A stretch of 64,000 nt of DNA from Octopus sinensis (GCF_006345805.1 NC_043012.1:38998001-39062000), one strand, 5' to 3'. Counted from the first letter of the stretch, positions 25,468 through 38,971 are shown. The notes: generated by a model not told the origin, from the sequence alone. Translations and numbers: made by a program.

Positions 25468-26232
25468 TCATTTCTCTTTTTCCTCTCTCTCTCTATATAT
25501 ATATATATTTATATATATATGTATTATGTATGTATTTATATGTATGTGTGTGTGTGTGGGGGGGGTTGTGTGTAAATATACACCTTATATACTTGAGTAA
25601 TAGTCGCCCTCATATTTGGCCAAAAAATTGGGAGTTTTCTACAGACCCCGTATAAAAGTCGACCTTAGTATTTCACGAACAACAGAACAACATTTGTGGG
25701 TCAAGGTACCGTATCATTCTGTACGTATAAATAACACTGTTACAAAATTTCGTGGCTACCTTACTGTAGCCTGCTCTATAGGTGGAATGCTTGGTGCTTA
25801 TAGTAAAACACCATCTAATTGCGAGCACTACACATTTGTTGATGGGTGCGTTATCACCATTACTAAAATGTATGCACAGGATATACTGCAAGCCTGCATT
25901 CATCTTCAAGCACAATAAACACATGCGTCATATACTCGTTGTATACATGGTGAGAAAGGTTTTTTTCACAGACAGCACGATCTAGCAAACGCCACTGTCT
26001 GAATTCGTACAAAGGTATGACTTTGATAAGACTAAAAACATACAGTTAATCGCTAGATCAGTGGTTCTCGTGCGACCTTTATATTTTCCTCATCTCGAAA
26101 TACAATACACACATCTGTTATACGCTCGTCTGTATACATGATGAGAAACGTGTTCCACAGACAGCACGATCGGCGAACAACACCTCTGTATGAATTCGTA
26201 GAGGCATGACTTCGGTAAATTAATTGCTAGAT

Positions 26233-26353
26233 CAATGGTTCCCAAACTTTTTTGGCGCGGAATTCTTCGACATTTCTTTTAAAAACACGGAACACCTGAT
26301 AACTTTCAGGGAACCCTGGGGGGTCTTGTAGAACTCACTTTGGGAATTCACTA
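26233..26353. mobile_element. Possible hAT-type MITE
   Basis: CAATGGTTCCCAAA left end and TTTGGGAATTCACTA right end; flanks GCTAGAT and CTCCAGAT loosely resemble an 8-bp hAT target. Confidence 0.4.
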
Positions 26354-27212
26354 CTCCAGATCAACAACTCTGCACCATATTCTGGACATTTACTTGTACT
26401 GCGCATGACATCCTCTGGCTCTCTTTTATAAGAGCTACGCGGTCTGGTTTACGGCTTTTGTTATTTACTAGGACATGTGTAGAATTTGTAATATTACTGT
26501 TAGTCACTGTGTTTACTTTTTATTCGTTTAGAGATCAGCTGCTAATACGGTACTTCGGATTCTATCTTGAATTTCAGCCCGTCAAAAGTAGTATCCATGT
26601 AATAGTCGAATCCATAAATTTGATATTAAAAAAATTATCTAAAAAATTGGTTTACAATTGTATATACGTACATATATAAATATAAAGCGACGAAAATATT
26701 TTGGCAACTTAAATTTAAATGTTGAATTGAATCTGTTTTTGTGTGTTTTAAATGGCTTATAAACACCTTTCACGTTGCAATTGTTATATATGTATATATA
26801 CATATATATATATAAACGAGAAAGAAGCAACAAGAATGGATTAGTTTTTAGTACAATTGTTTCATACAAAGACAGGCTTTATTACAAGTTGCAAAAATTG
26901 CAGCAGATACAAGTGTCCCGTACTCATCAGCTAAAATACATATGAGTTCTCCAAACATCTTAGTGGGTGAGGTTATACTCATGAAATATTGGAGATAATT
27001 CCATTAAAGGCAGATATAGGTTGTAAACAGATTTCCAAAGTTCCTTAATGATGATGCACAGTCTTACCACAGATTTTTAAAAACTTATTAGTTTCAAAGA
27101 GAAGATGAATTAATCCGTAGTGTGGATTTAAATTTCCAGAGATATGAGGAGGATGATGCACAGACTTATCACAGGTTTTTAAAAGCTTATTAGCTTCACA
27201 GAAAAGGTGAAT

Positions 27213-27280
<68 letters not shown>

Positions 27281-27668
27281 TGATAGATAGATAGATAGAT
27301 AGCTCTTTTTTGAAAACCTTTTGCTGTTCAGTTCTCTTGAGTATTTCTTACTTGTGGATACTGTAAAGAAACTTGATTTATATAACTTGTTCCAAACATA
27401 GTTGAAAGAACTGAAACAAAGGCCATAGTTCCTTCACATATTGTATTCTATGCCACAGTAGTCTCAGTTGTGAAAACCGTTTCCATCCCATCAAGAGAGA
27501 GGGTTAAATTTGGTTTTCTTTATTTTTTTCTTTTTTTACATTTTTGAAAGTTGGAAATTCTGAAAAAATGATATCATTATTCCAAAGAATTTTTTTCTTA
27601 GGGATTTTGATGACGTTTGTACATTATTCTGTCAAATCATTGTGTGTGCACACAAACATTTTTTTTGG

Positions 27669-27669
<1 letters not shown>

Positions 27670-27739
<70 letters not shown>

Positions 27740-27899
27740 CATGAATATATATATGGCTGTATATATATATAAATGTGTGTGTGAGAGAGAGAGATAGTGC
27801 TTGTATGCATCTCTCTCGCCAGACACACACACACGCACACACACACACACATATATACATATAAATATACGTATATATAATATATATATATATACATAT

Positions 27900-27992
<93 letters not shown>

Positions 27993-28086
27993 TTATGTGT
28001 GTGTATGTATAAATATGTACACACATATTGTACACATACTCGCACACACATATACATCTATGTATATATAAAATGTAAGTGTGTGC

Positions 28087-28130
<44 letters not shown>

Positions 28131-28200
28131 GTGAATGTGTGTTTATGTGTGATTCTGTGTATGTATGTACGTGTGCACGCGTGTGTGTATGTGTGTGTCT
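27670..28200. repeat. Compound (TA)/(CA)/(TG) microsatellite field
   Basis: Direct inspection. Confidence 0.9.
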
Positions 28201-29063
28201 GTGAATTTCACTGATTCTTTGGTGTCAGCAAGTAATTTCAGGTGGTGCTCGTGCTACTGTCTGGTTGCAACCAGTTGACTATTGACAGAAACACGGACAC
28301 TAAAATACACACAAATACCATTTCTTGACAGTAAAATATTTTCAGCTTTTCCTAAACTCTTCGTCATTTTCTTTGGATTTAATGTGATTGTTATTACTTT
28401 TTTTTTTTTTTTTTTGTGATTTTCCAGTAGAAACATACACGCAACATGACAGACTGACAAGAATCTAGTGATGACAAGACGACAGAAAGATAGGGAGAAA
28501 TAGAAAGAGAGATAGAGCGAACGAAGTAGAGGAGAGACAAGGACGCTATGAGGAAGATGTGAATATATTTCATGTGTTTTTTTTTCAGAAACATCATTTT
28601 TTGGAAACATCAAGATATGAACTCCAACCGTTCGTGCTAACTCAATGGCACGTCTCTTCTTGCACGTCTGCCTGACTGTTGATCGCAACTTAAGTAATGT
28701 CATTGTTGAATCACCGGCGTAAAACATCATCTGTTGCCCCGTTTAAACCCTGCCAAAATATTCATTTCTTAACATTTGGGGCTCTTAGGTTCATTTAGTA
28801 GAATCCTCTTTGTTGCAAGAATTTGAAATAGGATTATTCTGCTTTGAAATCATTTCAATGGCTTCCTGCATTTTAGTGTAACCATCCAAGATTTACGAAT
28901 TTTTTTATTCATTTCCTCATCGAATAATCTACAAGGCCTTGGTAGAAACAGTCGTGAGAATGTCATTTTGCTTTTGACAGCAGAAATAGGATGCCATACA
29001 TACAGGGTATTTTACATTATAACATGTTCATACTTATAATCTACTAAGATATTTATCGTTTAT

Positions 29064-29364
29064 GTTTGTTTGTTTGTTCCTTCTCGAGCCATGCCTGGCT
29101 CATAAGGGCCGGTTTCTCGGCGTATAGGTTCTCAACCTGGACGGGACGCCGGTCCGTCGCAGGTAAGCTGCAAGATGCAGGAGAAAAGGGTGAGAGAAAG
29201 TTGTGGTGAAAGAGTCAGCAGAAGTTCGCGATTACCTTCTGCCGGAGCCGCGTGGAGCTTTGGTGTTTCGCTCATAAACACACACATCGCCCGGTCTGAG
29301 ATTCGAACCCGCGGTCCCTCGACCGCGAGTCCGCTGCTCTAACCACTAGGCCATGTGCCTCCAC
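29064..29364 (-). mobile_element. tRNA-derived SINE family C variant with (AAAC)n tail and 13-bp TSD
   Basis: Minus-strand head GTGGAGGCACATGGCCTAGTGGTTAGAGCAGCGGACTCGCGG...GGGTTCGAATCTC (A and B boxes); TSD ATTTATCGTTTAT at 29051-29063 and 29365-29377. Confidence 0.9.
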
Positions 29365-29929
29365 ATTTATCGTTTATCCAGTAACTGCATTAAACTGGAT
29401 TAGGATATCAAGACTCTACGTTATTTGAATGGTTGTTATTATAGAGGAATCACATTTCGGAGATTTTTTTCTGGTTTAATTTTGAGGGAAAGGGGTTAAT
29501 CGAAAGGGGTCGATCGAAAGGGGTCGATCGATACTACAACTTATAGTCCGGAGCCTTAAGCTGTTGCTGGCTTTCACAGACTTATTCTTTTTTCTATCCA
29601 GCCTTCTAAGGTGTTGGTCGTGGAGCGGTTTTTCTCTGCATTTCTTGTTCAGTATTTTTCGAAATAAATTTTGTTTCCTGAATTATCTAGAATTATGAAC
29701 ACATGGTTATGATGCTCTCCCACAACTTCTGCTCGAGATGCACAGATCGTCAGCCACTAAGGGACATCCTCAAGTTGTTAAGGTCAAGCAACTGACAAGC
29801 ATGTGTGTGGCATTGAGCTGAATATTTGCCGTAGGCCGTCATTTTATACCAAGACAAAACAATGTACATGATAACACTTCCAATCAGTTAAGACCAAAAG
29901 CCACGAGAGCTACTGCCTCCTACTGAATC

Positions 29930-29980
29930 ATAATATTGTTGTTATCATTATTATCATTAGTATTGTTGTTGTTGTTGTTG

Positions 29981-30062
<82 letters not shown>

Positions 30063-30078
30063 CATTATTATTATTATT
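29930..30078. repeat. (TTA/TTG)n microsatellite, tail or target of the adjacent LINE
   Basis: Direct inspection. Confidence 0.95.
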
Positions 30079-31064
30079 CAGTAGTCTTATTTTTATCACG
30101 TGCTTTCACTGCACTACCGAGCACAGCTCTGTGTGCCTTGGGTATGTGCTGTGGTCTGTTGTGAAGCTCTTATTTTTTCATTTTAAAAAGTCTTTTACGT
30201 AGGATGTGGGCGATTAGTAGTGCTATTTTCTGTATGTTATATATACTTGTTAGTCCTGGTGTTTTTGTTGTGTATTTGTCTGAATATTTTTTATCATGCC
30301 TAATGCGCCTATTGTGATAGGAATTGTTTCTGTTTCTGGGCTCCATAATCGTGTTGCCTCTATTTCGAAATCTGTGTATTTTGAAACTTTTCCCTTTCTT
30401 TTCGACAAACATTGTCATCTGTTGGTATTGATACATCGATTAGAAAGCAACTATATCCGACAACTATATTAGGCCTTTTGGTCTTAATTTCTCTATCTGT
30501 GTGTATTGGCATATCCCAGAGTATGGTTGCTTTCGCATTTTCTTTGACCTTTTCTGACGTGTGCCTATAATATCATTATTTTCTGTTGTTATTCCATAGT
30601 GTCGGCATAGCTTCCAGTGTATATAGGTCCCAACTCAGCCGTGTCAGAATATTCCTTCTTAGCCAGGACTGGGCGGCCAGAGACGATATGATTTATTGTC
30701 CCTTCTCCATCTCCACATATTCTGCAGTTACTTGTTATATCTCTTTTCATTGCATGTTTTGGTAATTTCTGGTGGGAAGGCTTTGATCTTGTGCTGCAAT
30801 TAAAAATCTTTCAGTCTCTGCTTTGAGTCCTGAGCTTCTCAGCCATTTTTGGAACACTGCATTCTCCATTTCTTTTCTGTTTAGCTTAGCCCAACATTTG
30901 CCATGAAGGGCATTTTCTTGCCATCGTTTCATCATGATCCGTTGCTGTTCCAGTTTTAGTTTGGATTTCATTTGCTTTACAACTTTCTTTGTTCCTTCTT
31001 TCTCTTCACAGTTGTTAGATAAGATGACTTCTTTTTTGTATTTGTCAGCTTCCTTAAAGACTGA
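30079..31064 (-). mobile_element. R4/Dong-clade (RLE-type) non-LTR retrotransposon, 5'-truncated, frameshifted
   Basis: Minus-strand frames give WQENALHGK...WLRSSGLKAETERFLIAAQDQSLPTRNY, CRICGDGEGTINHIVSG (CCHC relic), ATILWDMPIHTDREIKTKRPNIVV...CFLIDVSIPTDDNV (restriction-like endonuclease) and KIALL.AHILRK; 3' end GACTACTGAA(TAA)n. Confidence 0.88.
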
Positions 31065-31160
31065 AATTATTATTATTGATATAATTATTTTTATCATCAT
31101 CATCATCATCATCATCACTATTATTATTTATTATAATTATTATTGTTATTATTGTTATTA

Positions 31161-31218
<58 letters not shown>

Positions 31219-31255
31219 CATTATTATTATTGTTATCACTATTATTATTGCTATC
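31065..31255. repeat. (ATT/ATC)n microsatellite
   Basis: Direct inspection; abuts the 5' truncation point of the R4-clade element. Confidence 0.95.
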
Positions 31256-31594
31256 ATGCTGGCTTTGTATAGTTACACAATAGTTACATGCCTTAACTTA
31301 TCCAGCACTTTGTATACGTCGCTTATATGCGGCCCGTAAGTCTTTAATATTTGAGCTCACTTCTTGACATCACTGCAAACGTTTCGTGAAGACAGAACAA
31401 GAATCCGTTCCTTATTGTCAGGTTGTCAAGAAGAAAGAAATAAGCATCGGCCATTTTATACGAGGCCTCTTGCGTCAAACGCACCCCCACCCCTCAGTAG
31501 AGTCTCCTTTTCATTTGTTTAGTAGTAATTCATAATGAGACTGTACAGAATGGCTTGGCCAATAGCAAGTCGCGTTACTGTCATTGGCTCAATA

Positions 31595-31608
31595 CCACCA
31601 CCACCACC

Positions 31609-31665
<57 letters not shown>

Positions 31666-31886
31666 GCTACTACGAATACTACTACGACTAATACTGCTAC
31701 TACTACTACAAATACTACTACTACTACTACTACTACTAATAATAATAATAATAATAATACCTCTCGCACTACTAATACTACAACTACTTCTACTTCTGCT
31801 GTAGCGACTACTACTGCTAATACGAAGATCCTCACCGGCTTCACCACCACTACAAGTCATGTAATCACAAACAACACAATTACAGT

Positions 31887-31943
<57 letters not shown>

Positions 31944-31945
31944 GT
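31595..31945. repeat. (ACC)/(ACT)/(AAT) trinucleotide field
   Basis: Direct inspection; explains the poly-Thr/Ser/Leu/Val ORFs. Confidence 0.95.
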
Positions 31946-32099
31946 TACATTAGATGCAATTTGTCTACCTAAACCTGTCACAGTTTTCAGACAAAATGTG
32001 ATATATTCCTCATTCTTTTGGCATAGCATAAGTAGCGAATTCCAATTCATTGTGACTAACCTAGAAACTCAACACTCCATGAATGCGCCACACAATGCA

Positions 32100-32124
32100 T
32101 AGATACGTACATACATACATATAT

Positions 32125-32156
<32 letters not shown>

Positions 32157-32215
32157 CACATAACATATATATGTATATGTATGTATATACACATATATAT
32201 GTGTGTATTTATATG

Positions 32216-32309
<94 letters not shown>

Positions 32310-32618
32310 TAATATAGGTGGTATAAAGAGCGTTACTATAATGCCTCGAAGTCTAAATTTGCTATATTACACTTGTCATACTTCATCATTTTGCACAATG
32401 TTTTTCTTTGTACGAAAACATCTTCACAATTTGCATGTTGTACATTTACGGCACAAATGGAAACCTTTCCAGCTACACAAAGATAACCATTCTAATGTAA
32501 AATTTGGAATGGTAATCTTACGCCAATCTCTGAAATGTCACAACGAATTACCTGTATTCATTCATATATATTCTATTTATATATACATACATACATATAT
32601 ATATATATTATATATATA

Positions 32619-32660
<42 letters not shown>

Positions 32661-33090
32661 TGTATGTATATGTGTGTATATATATATATATATGTGCACT
32701 TATGTGTGTGTGTGTATGTGTGGTGTATGTGTGTGTACGTATGTATATCATACTTGTACGCATACACTCAGAGACAAGAAGAGTTCGTGCGCGATATGTA
32801 CGGATGGAAGGATGCGCTATTGGGAGCGTATGTATGTATGTATGTATCTATATATGTATGTACGTATGTATGTATGTGTGTGTGTATGTATGTATGTATG
32901 TATGTATGTATATATGTATGTACGTATGTATGTATGCATGTATGTATGTATGTATGTATGCATGCATGTATGTATGTATGTATGTATGTATGTATGTATG
33001 TATGTATGTATGTATGTATGTACGTATGTATTCATGTATGTATGTATGTATGTATGTATGTACGTATGTATTCAAGTATGTATGTATGTA
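32100..33090. repeat. (TA)n and (TATG)n microsatellite field
   Basis: Direct inspection; source of the 296-aa, 212-aa and 181-aa ORFs. Confidence 0.9.
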
Positions 33091-33599
33091 TAAGCTCATA
33101 TGCTTTGGCTCATGTGACTTTCTGCATGTACGTAAGCATATCGACAATTATATTTGTGTGTCTATTTTTGTAAACGTTCATAGTGACGTTAATTGTAAAC
33201 GTTAATAGTGAGTTTACAGATAAACTTTAAGGATGTGAAAATTATTGAAGATGCCTGTGTGTGTGTGTTTGTGTGTCTGTAAATTATAGAATGTATTGTA
33301 CATAAAAATTCACTTACTTTACGAATATGCATGTATGTTTGTATGTTATGTATTTATACATGAATACATATATATATGTAATATATTGTATGTATATATA
33401 TATATAATATATATATATATATATACATGTATATGTATATATATGTATTTATATATGTATATATATATATATGTATGTGTTTATATATATAATATATATA
33501 TACATGTACCCTTGACATTAAGTTTGTGTGTGTATATGTGTTTGTGTAGGGGTGTGTGAATCTCTCTATGTATGTGTATCTGTTCGTTTGTGTTCGTGC

Positions 33600-33653
<54 letters not shown>

Positions 33654-34216
33654 CGATAATTCTGAATACATAATGCCGTACCTTATACACACGATTCGTT
33701 GGTAATCCTCATTGTTTTAATTGATATTCTGCAGGTAACTTAATACTGCTTTAGATTGCTCTCACGTTGCCACCACTAATAAATACCATTCTTGCATATA
33801 TAATTTGCATAACATTCCGACAAGCAACGAAGAGAGAAAGTCATACATATATATTGCTTTGGTGTCGGCCATGTTGTCTCTTACTATCATCATCAATGTC
33901 TTTCATTAATCTGTTGTCGCTACAGATTCTGCTCATAGAGTTTCAAGAAGCATTATATGTGGGTTTAAGTGAATATTGCACGCCTGTTCTAATTAATTTA
34001 TGTCTGCATGCGTACATACGTACATATACATATACGCAATAATACATTCACTCACTCCAACGCGTGTGTGTGTCTGTCTGTATAAGTATCTAATTATATA
34101 GGTATCTAGGTTTGTACATTTTTCGTAAGGGTTAGGCAATAGTGTAGTTATGTAGTCATGAAGCAGTGAGCCTCTGTATATTGATATAATTATGTAAATG
34201 CGTAAATATCCACGTT

Positions 34217-34259
<43 letters not shown>

Positions 34260-34425
34260 CATGTAATTATATAGGTATGTATATACATATATGCATATAT
34301 ATATATACACATATAAATATATATAAACATACGTGATTATGTTGGTTAGTAAATATATATATGTATGTATCTATGTATATATATGTATGTATGCTTGTAT
34401 GTAAGGATATATATATATATATATA

Positions 34426-34478
<53 letters not shown>

Positions 34479-34564
34479 ATGTATATATAAAAGTATGGAT
34501 TGATAGCAGATATTCAAATTTTAAATAACTAGCAGAGATATCCCTGAGCAATGCTCTCAGAGTA

Positions 34565-34621
<57 letters not shown>

Positions 34622-34978
34622 GTGTGTGTATGTGTTTGTGTTTGAGTGTTTCTGTTGGTAAACGTGTGTAAGTATGTATAAATATATACGCATCTGTGAG
34701 TATGTGTTCTAGTTACATAATATGGATGTCGTGCTCCTAATACATAATACATTTTCCTCCATTTGCTATATTGATAAGAGCGTAGTGGTTTCAGCATTAA
34801 TTAATTAGAATGAGATGTAATTAGTAGGGACTTCTATCCTACAGATATTGCGAAAATGGGATTGAAGAGGAGAGAGGGAGGAGAGAAACAGAGATTATGT
34901 TACAGAACAATAGGGGAAAATACATACGTGTGTGCACGGCCGTGTGTACACACATATGTAACAGAATCATGCGGCACC

Positions 34979-35022
<44 letters not shown>

Positions 35023-35151
35023 TTATAATATATATATATTGGTATGTATGTATGTATGTATGTATGTATGTATGTATATATACATATATAAATATGTACA
35101 AGAATACATAAATCATTCTGCGCATATGTATATACTATATACGTGTGTGTC

Positions 35152-35209
<58 letters not shown>

Positions 35210-35945
35210 TGTGTTCGTGTGGTTGTTGGGATATATGCAATATGTCTGCACATACAGACGTATGTATACAAATACACGCGTACGTTCACACATAGTTACA
35301 CTATCACAAGAAAATAAACATACGCACGTTTGTTCTGATTTGGCATGATTGTTAATGAAAACCCCGTAAACCACTGATTTACAATTTACAGCATAAAATT
35401 GCAATTAATACAGCTTAATGCTTCTAGTAACTTTCGATGCCTCCTTCCCTCACCTATTTAGCAGTATCTTCTCAAACCTCTGTAAAGGTTTTCCTTCCAT
35501 TACAGCTATTTCCATCACTTTTAGTACTTCCATATTAATTACAATTGTCTGCTGAAGTGGTCTTGTGTGCCAGAGACAAGAAAGAACGTGAAATCACGAG
35601 ACAGATTCGCAGAGAGTTATAGAGATGCATAATAGAGAGGTATACATGCATACATATGTATTCATACCTAGAAATATACATACATACATTGCATGTCTGC
35701 GTGTAGATGAGTTTGCAGTTTATAACGTGAGGAGGTAGAGTTCTGACATGTGTTATTAATAGCAAGGACTAACACGTAACATATTTTCATTCGTGCATGC
35801 ATACAGCCACACGCTCATATATACATGCTATATTATGATATAACCCATATAATAGATGACTAGCTAGATAGATAGATAGATAGACAGATAGATATATACA
35901 TACATAGATACATAGATAAATAGAGAGATAGATATAGATATATAC

Positions 35946-35985
<40 letters not shown>

Positions 35986-36090
35986 ACACGCACACATACG
36001 TACACACATGCACGCATGCACACACATACACACACACCAGACACACACACACATACACACACATTAATACACACACACATATACATACAC

Positions 36091-36127
<37 letters not shown>

Positions 36128-36128
<1 letters not shown>

Positions 36129-36285
36129 GGGAGAATTCACAAACAGAACAAAAGGCGAAGACAGGTGGTGTAGACAACAAACAGATGTATTAGTTTAACG
36201 CTCGGGAAGTGAAAAGTTTTTAACGTTTCGAGCCTACGCTCTTCCACAGAAAGGAACACACGAAGAAACAAGGAGACAATATAAA
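36128..36285 (-). mobile_element. Penelope-type terminal repeat with variant hammerhead-like motif (family H4)
   Basis: Minus strand CTTT-CTGTGGA-A-GAGC-GTAG-GCTC-GAAACGT-T-AAAA (36217-36253); ends in (TA)n. Confidence 0.65.
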
Positions 36286-36289
36286 GCAT

Positions 36290-36603
36290 GTGTAGTGGCT
36301 AAGAACTCCCTGAGATAGCACCTAGAAAGTTCTGCTCCGAGGTACAAGTCTGAGTAAAGTTGTTTATGGAAGCCCAGCAGTCGCCCATGTATATCGGCCT
36401 CGCGTCTCCATGCCACCAACGTTATCCAAGGGAAAGACAAAGGCTGATTCCAGTGACATCACAACTCATTTCTACAGCTGAGTGAATTGGAGCAATTTCA
36501 AATAAAGAGTTTTGCTCAAGAACACAACAGACAGGCCTGTCCTGGAATCAAACTCACTACCTCATGATTCTAAATCCGACGCTCGAACCACTGAGCCATG
36601 CGT
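36290..36603 (-). mobile_element. SINE family D
   Basis: CAGCTGAGTGAATTGGAGCAATT...TTTTGCTCAAGAACACAAC...GGAATCAAACTC...AACCACTGAGCCATGCG. Confidence 0.7.
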
Positions 36604-36643
36604 ATTTATATATATCTATATCAATACAGGCCACACACACACA

Positions 36644-36685
<42 letters not shown>

Positions 36686-36701
36686 TATATATATATATAT
36701 A

Positions 36702-36930
36702 GGAGGGTGTAGTGAAAAGTCGCCGACCTTTGGGTGTCGCGAAACGCTTGGTTGGAGGCGCAAATTTTTGAGCTCTTTTACAGGACTAAGAATACCTGAA
36801 GGACCGCTGCAATGACTATGTGAATCTGAGATGGAAATATATTATACTGATCATCTCCTAGCAGTCCCGCTTGGGAACGATCCTCTCGTATCTTCCTTTA
36901 CCCAAAACCAGAAACTTTTCAGTACCCCCC
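36702..36930. mobile_element. Tc1/mariner-type MITE (same family as 7946-8144)
   Basis: GGAGGGTGTAGTGAAAAGT left end and ACTTTTCAGTACCCCCC right end in TA context; interior homologous to 7946-8144. Confidence 0.7.
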
Positions 36931-37010
36931 ATATATATATATATATATTATATATATATACACACACGCATACATATATGTATATATATGTATATATGTG
37001 TATATATATA

Positions 37011-37190
37011 TATTGGAAGGTTTGGAGATGATGTACAGGTATTTTATATTAGAAGAAATGAGGTACTCAGAGATTCGGACGGTTTATATTTACAGATATT
37101 TATTTGTATATTACATGTTTTTAAACATCATATAACTTAGATCATGTATTAGCGCTTTCTCCCATTCTAGTGAGGGTTTCAAATCAAATA
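37011..37190 (-). mobile_element. Interspersed repeat with GAAAGCGCTA hammerhead-like half site (family H5); second copy at 56961-57142
   Basis: About 180 bp, highly similar between the two copies (GGAGATGATGTACAGGTATTTTATATTAGAAGAAATGAGGTACTCAGA...TATTAGCGCTTTC). Confidence 0.75.
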
Positions 37191-37215
37191 TATATATATA
37201 TATATATACATATGC

Positions 37216-37247
<32 letters not shown>

Positions 37248-37360
37248 ATATATAATATATATATATATATATGAATATATATTTGTATATATTATATATA
37301 TATACATTTACACACACACACACTCACACACACACACACACACACTACATACATATATAT

Positions 37361-37398
<38 letters not shown>

Positions 37399-37690
37399 TA
37401 TAATTATTATTATTCTCATTATAATTATTATTTCTAAATCTCTCAGCGAAAGCCATTCAGTTACAGTACTCTAAACTAATGATTATTTGCCAACATGTGG
37501 CAGTCCCCGGTGGGACGTATGTTTCTGGTATTTAGCCCCATGTATATTTAATGTAGGTCGCTTATTAGCAATTTAAAACCTTATGGCAAATGTGTATGTA
37601 TGTACATATGAATAAATATATCGTTCGCATATGTATATATACACACACATAAAGAGAGAGAAAAAAATGCATATCTATATATATATATCT

Positions 37691-37922
37691 ATACCGGAGT
37701 AAACACATAAATGTGAAACAAGGTGGAAAAAAGAGTACTCAAAGACCAGTGGTAGAGTAATATGCATTATTTAAATCAGCAGAAAATTCAACAAAACCTG
37801 TTACTCTGAGTTTCCCGTTGCCGTTCGTCGGGCAGGTTCTGCTAAAACTGTCCGACGAACGGCAACGGGAAACTCAGAGTAACAGGTTTTGTTGAATTTT
37901 CTGCTGCTTTAAATAAAGCATA
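37691..37922. mobile_element. Penelope/retrozyme-like element in inverted-dimer form (family H2): 75-bp arms, 12-bp spacer
   Basis: 37761-37835 is the reverse complement of 37848-37922 with 3 mismatches; (TA)n flanks. Confidence 0.85.
37848..37885 (+). ncRNA. Putative minimal type I hammerhead ribozyme (core CCGACGA, GUA site after 37881); mirror copy on the minus strand at 37798-37835
   Basis: Stem I CTGT/ACAG; core CCGACGA 37852-58; stem II CG-GCAA-CG (GNRA loop) with an A-G mismatch at the base; GAAA 37869-72; stem III ACT-CAG-AGT; A17. Confidence 0.6.
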
Positions 37923-38507
37923 TATATCTATATATATACAAATATACATGATATATAAATTATATATATAATATATATAATGTATATGTGTGTATATATA
38001 AGTGTGTGTGTGTACATGTTTGGTGATGCAAACGAGGAAAAGAGAATTCAAAATATGAGCAGATGTACATTTTTAACGTTAATATTTAGCAGAAGCAACA
38101 GAGTAAGTCACGAGATTTTCGTCCATTGGCTTTGATGAAACCCGTTAAATTACTGGTATGTCCCAATACATAAAACTGTTAGCCCTTCTGTCTCTCTTGA
38201 TTATGCTAAATATGAATAATAAAAAACATATACATGTGTGCCTGTATATTTACATATGTGTGTGTGTGCACATGTGTATGTGTGTATCTACCTACGGTTA
38301 TAGTATGTAAGCACACTTTGTCGATGAAAACTTGAGTAATGCATATATATATATATATACATGTATTTATAGCTATGTATATATTTATATATATATATGT
38401 ATATATATTAGACATGTGTATACATATATATATCTATTTATATATTTGTATGCATGTGTCTATATGCCTACATATATATATATATATATACATATATGTA
38501 TATATAC

Positions 38508-38538
<31 letters not shown>

Positions 38539-38924
38539 TACATACATACAGAGAGAGAGGGGGAGATTGAGAGAGATAAGTGAGTCTGCATATGTGGTGT
38601 ATTGTGTGAATAAAGGCTGGATGAAATACATGTCAAACTGTTTTGAGATGATTAGTTTGTCGGTAATTAGCATGTGATATAAGTAGGAACTCATTGATTT
38701 GGAAATGTCACTGCAATATGGATAAATATGAAGCAACTCTCCTGATACCGACACTCGGCTCTGTTAAATTAATTGGTCTGTAAAGGACATTGCACGGCCG
38801 GATTTAATGTTATGACATAAGGTTATAATATCACCGGAGTCATTTACTTTTGTTAACAGAATGTTATCGTCGTTTGGCCAATAATAAGAACAATGTGTAT
38901 GACAAGAAGCAGAATAATTAAAGG

Positions 38925-38971
<47 letters not shown>

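Noticed and set aside
28254-28730. 158-aa ORF and a strong polypyrimidine/AG at ~28430
   Set aside because: All three frames after the AG stop quickly, and the minus ORF runs through low-complexity sequence without a known domain.
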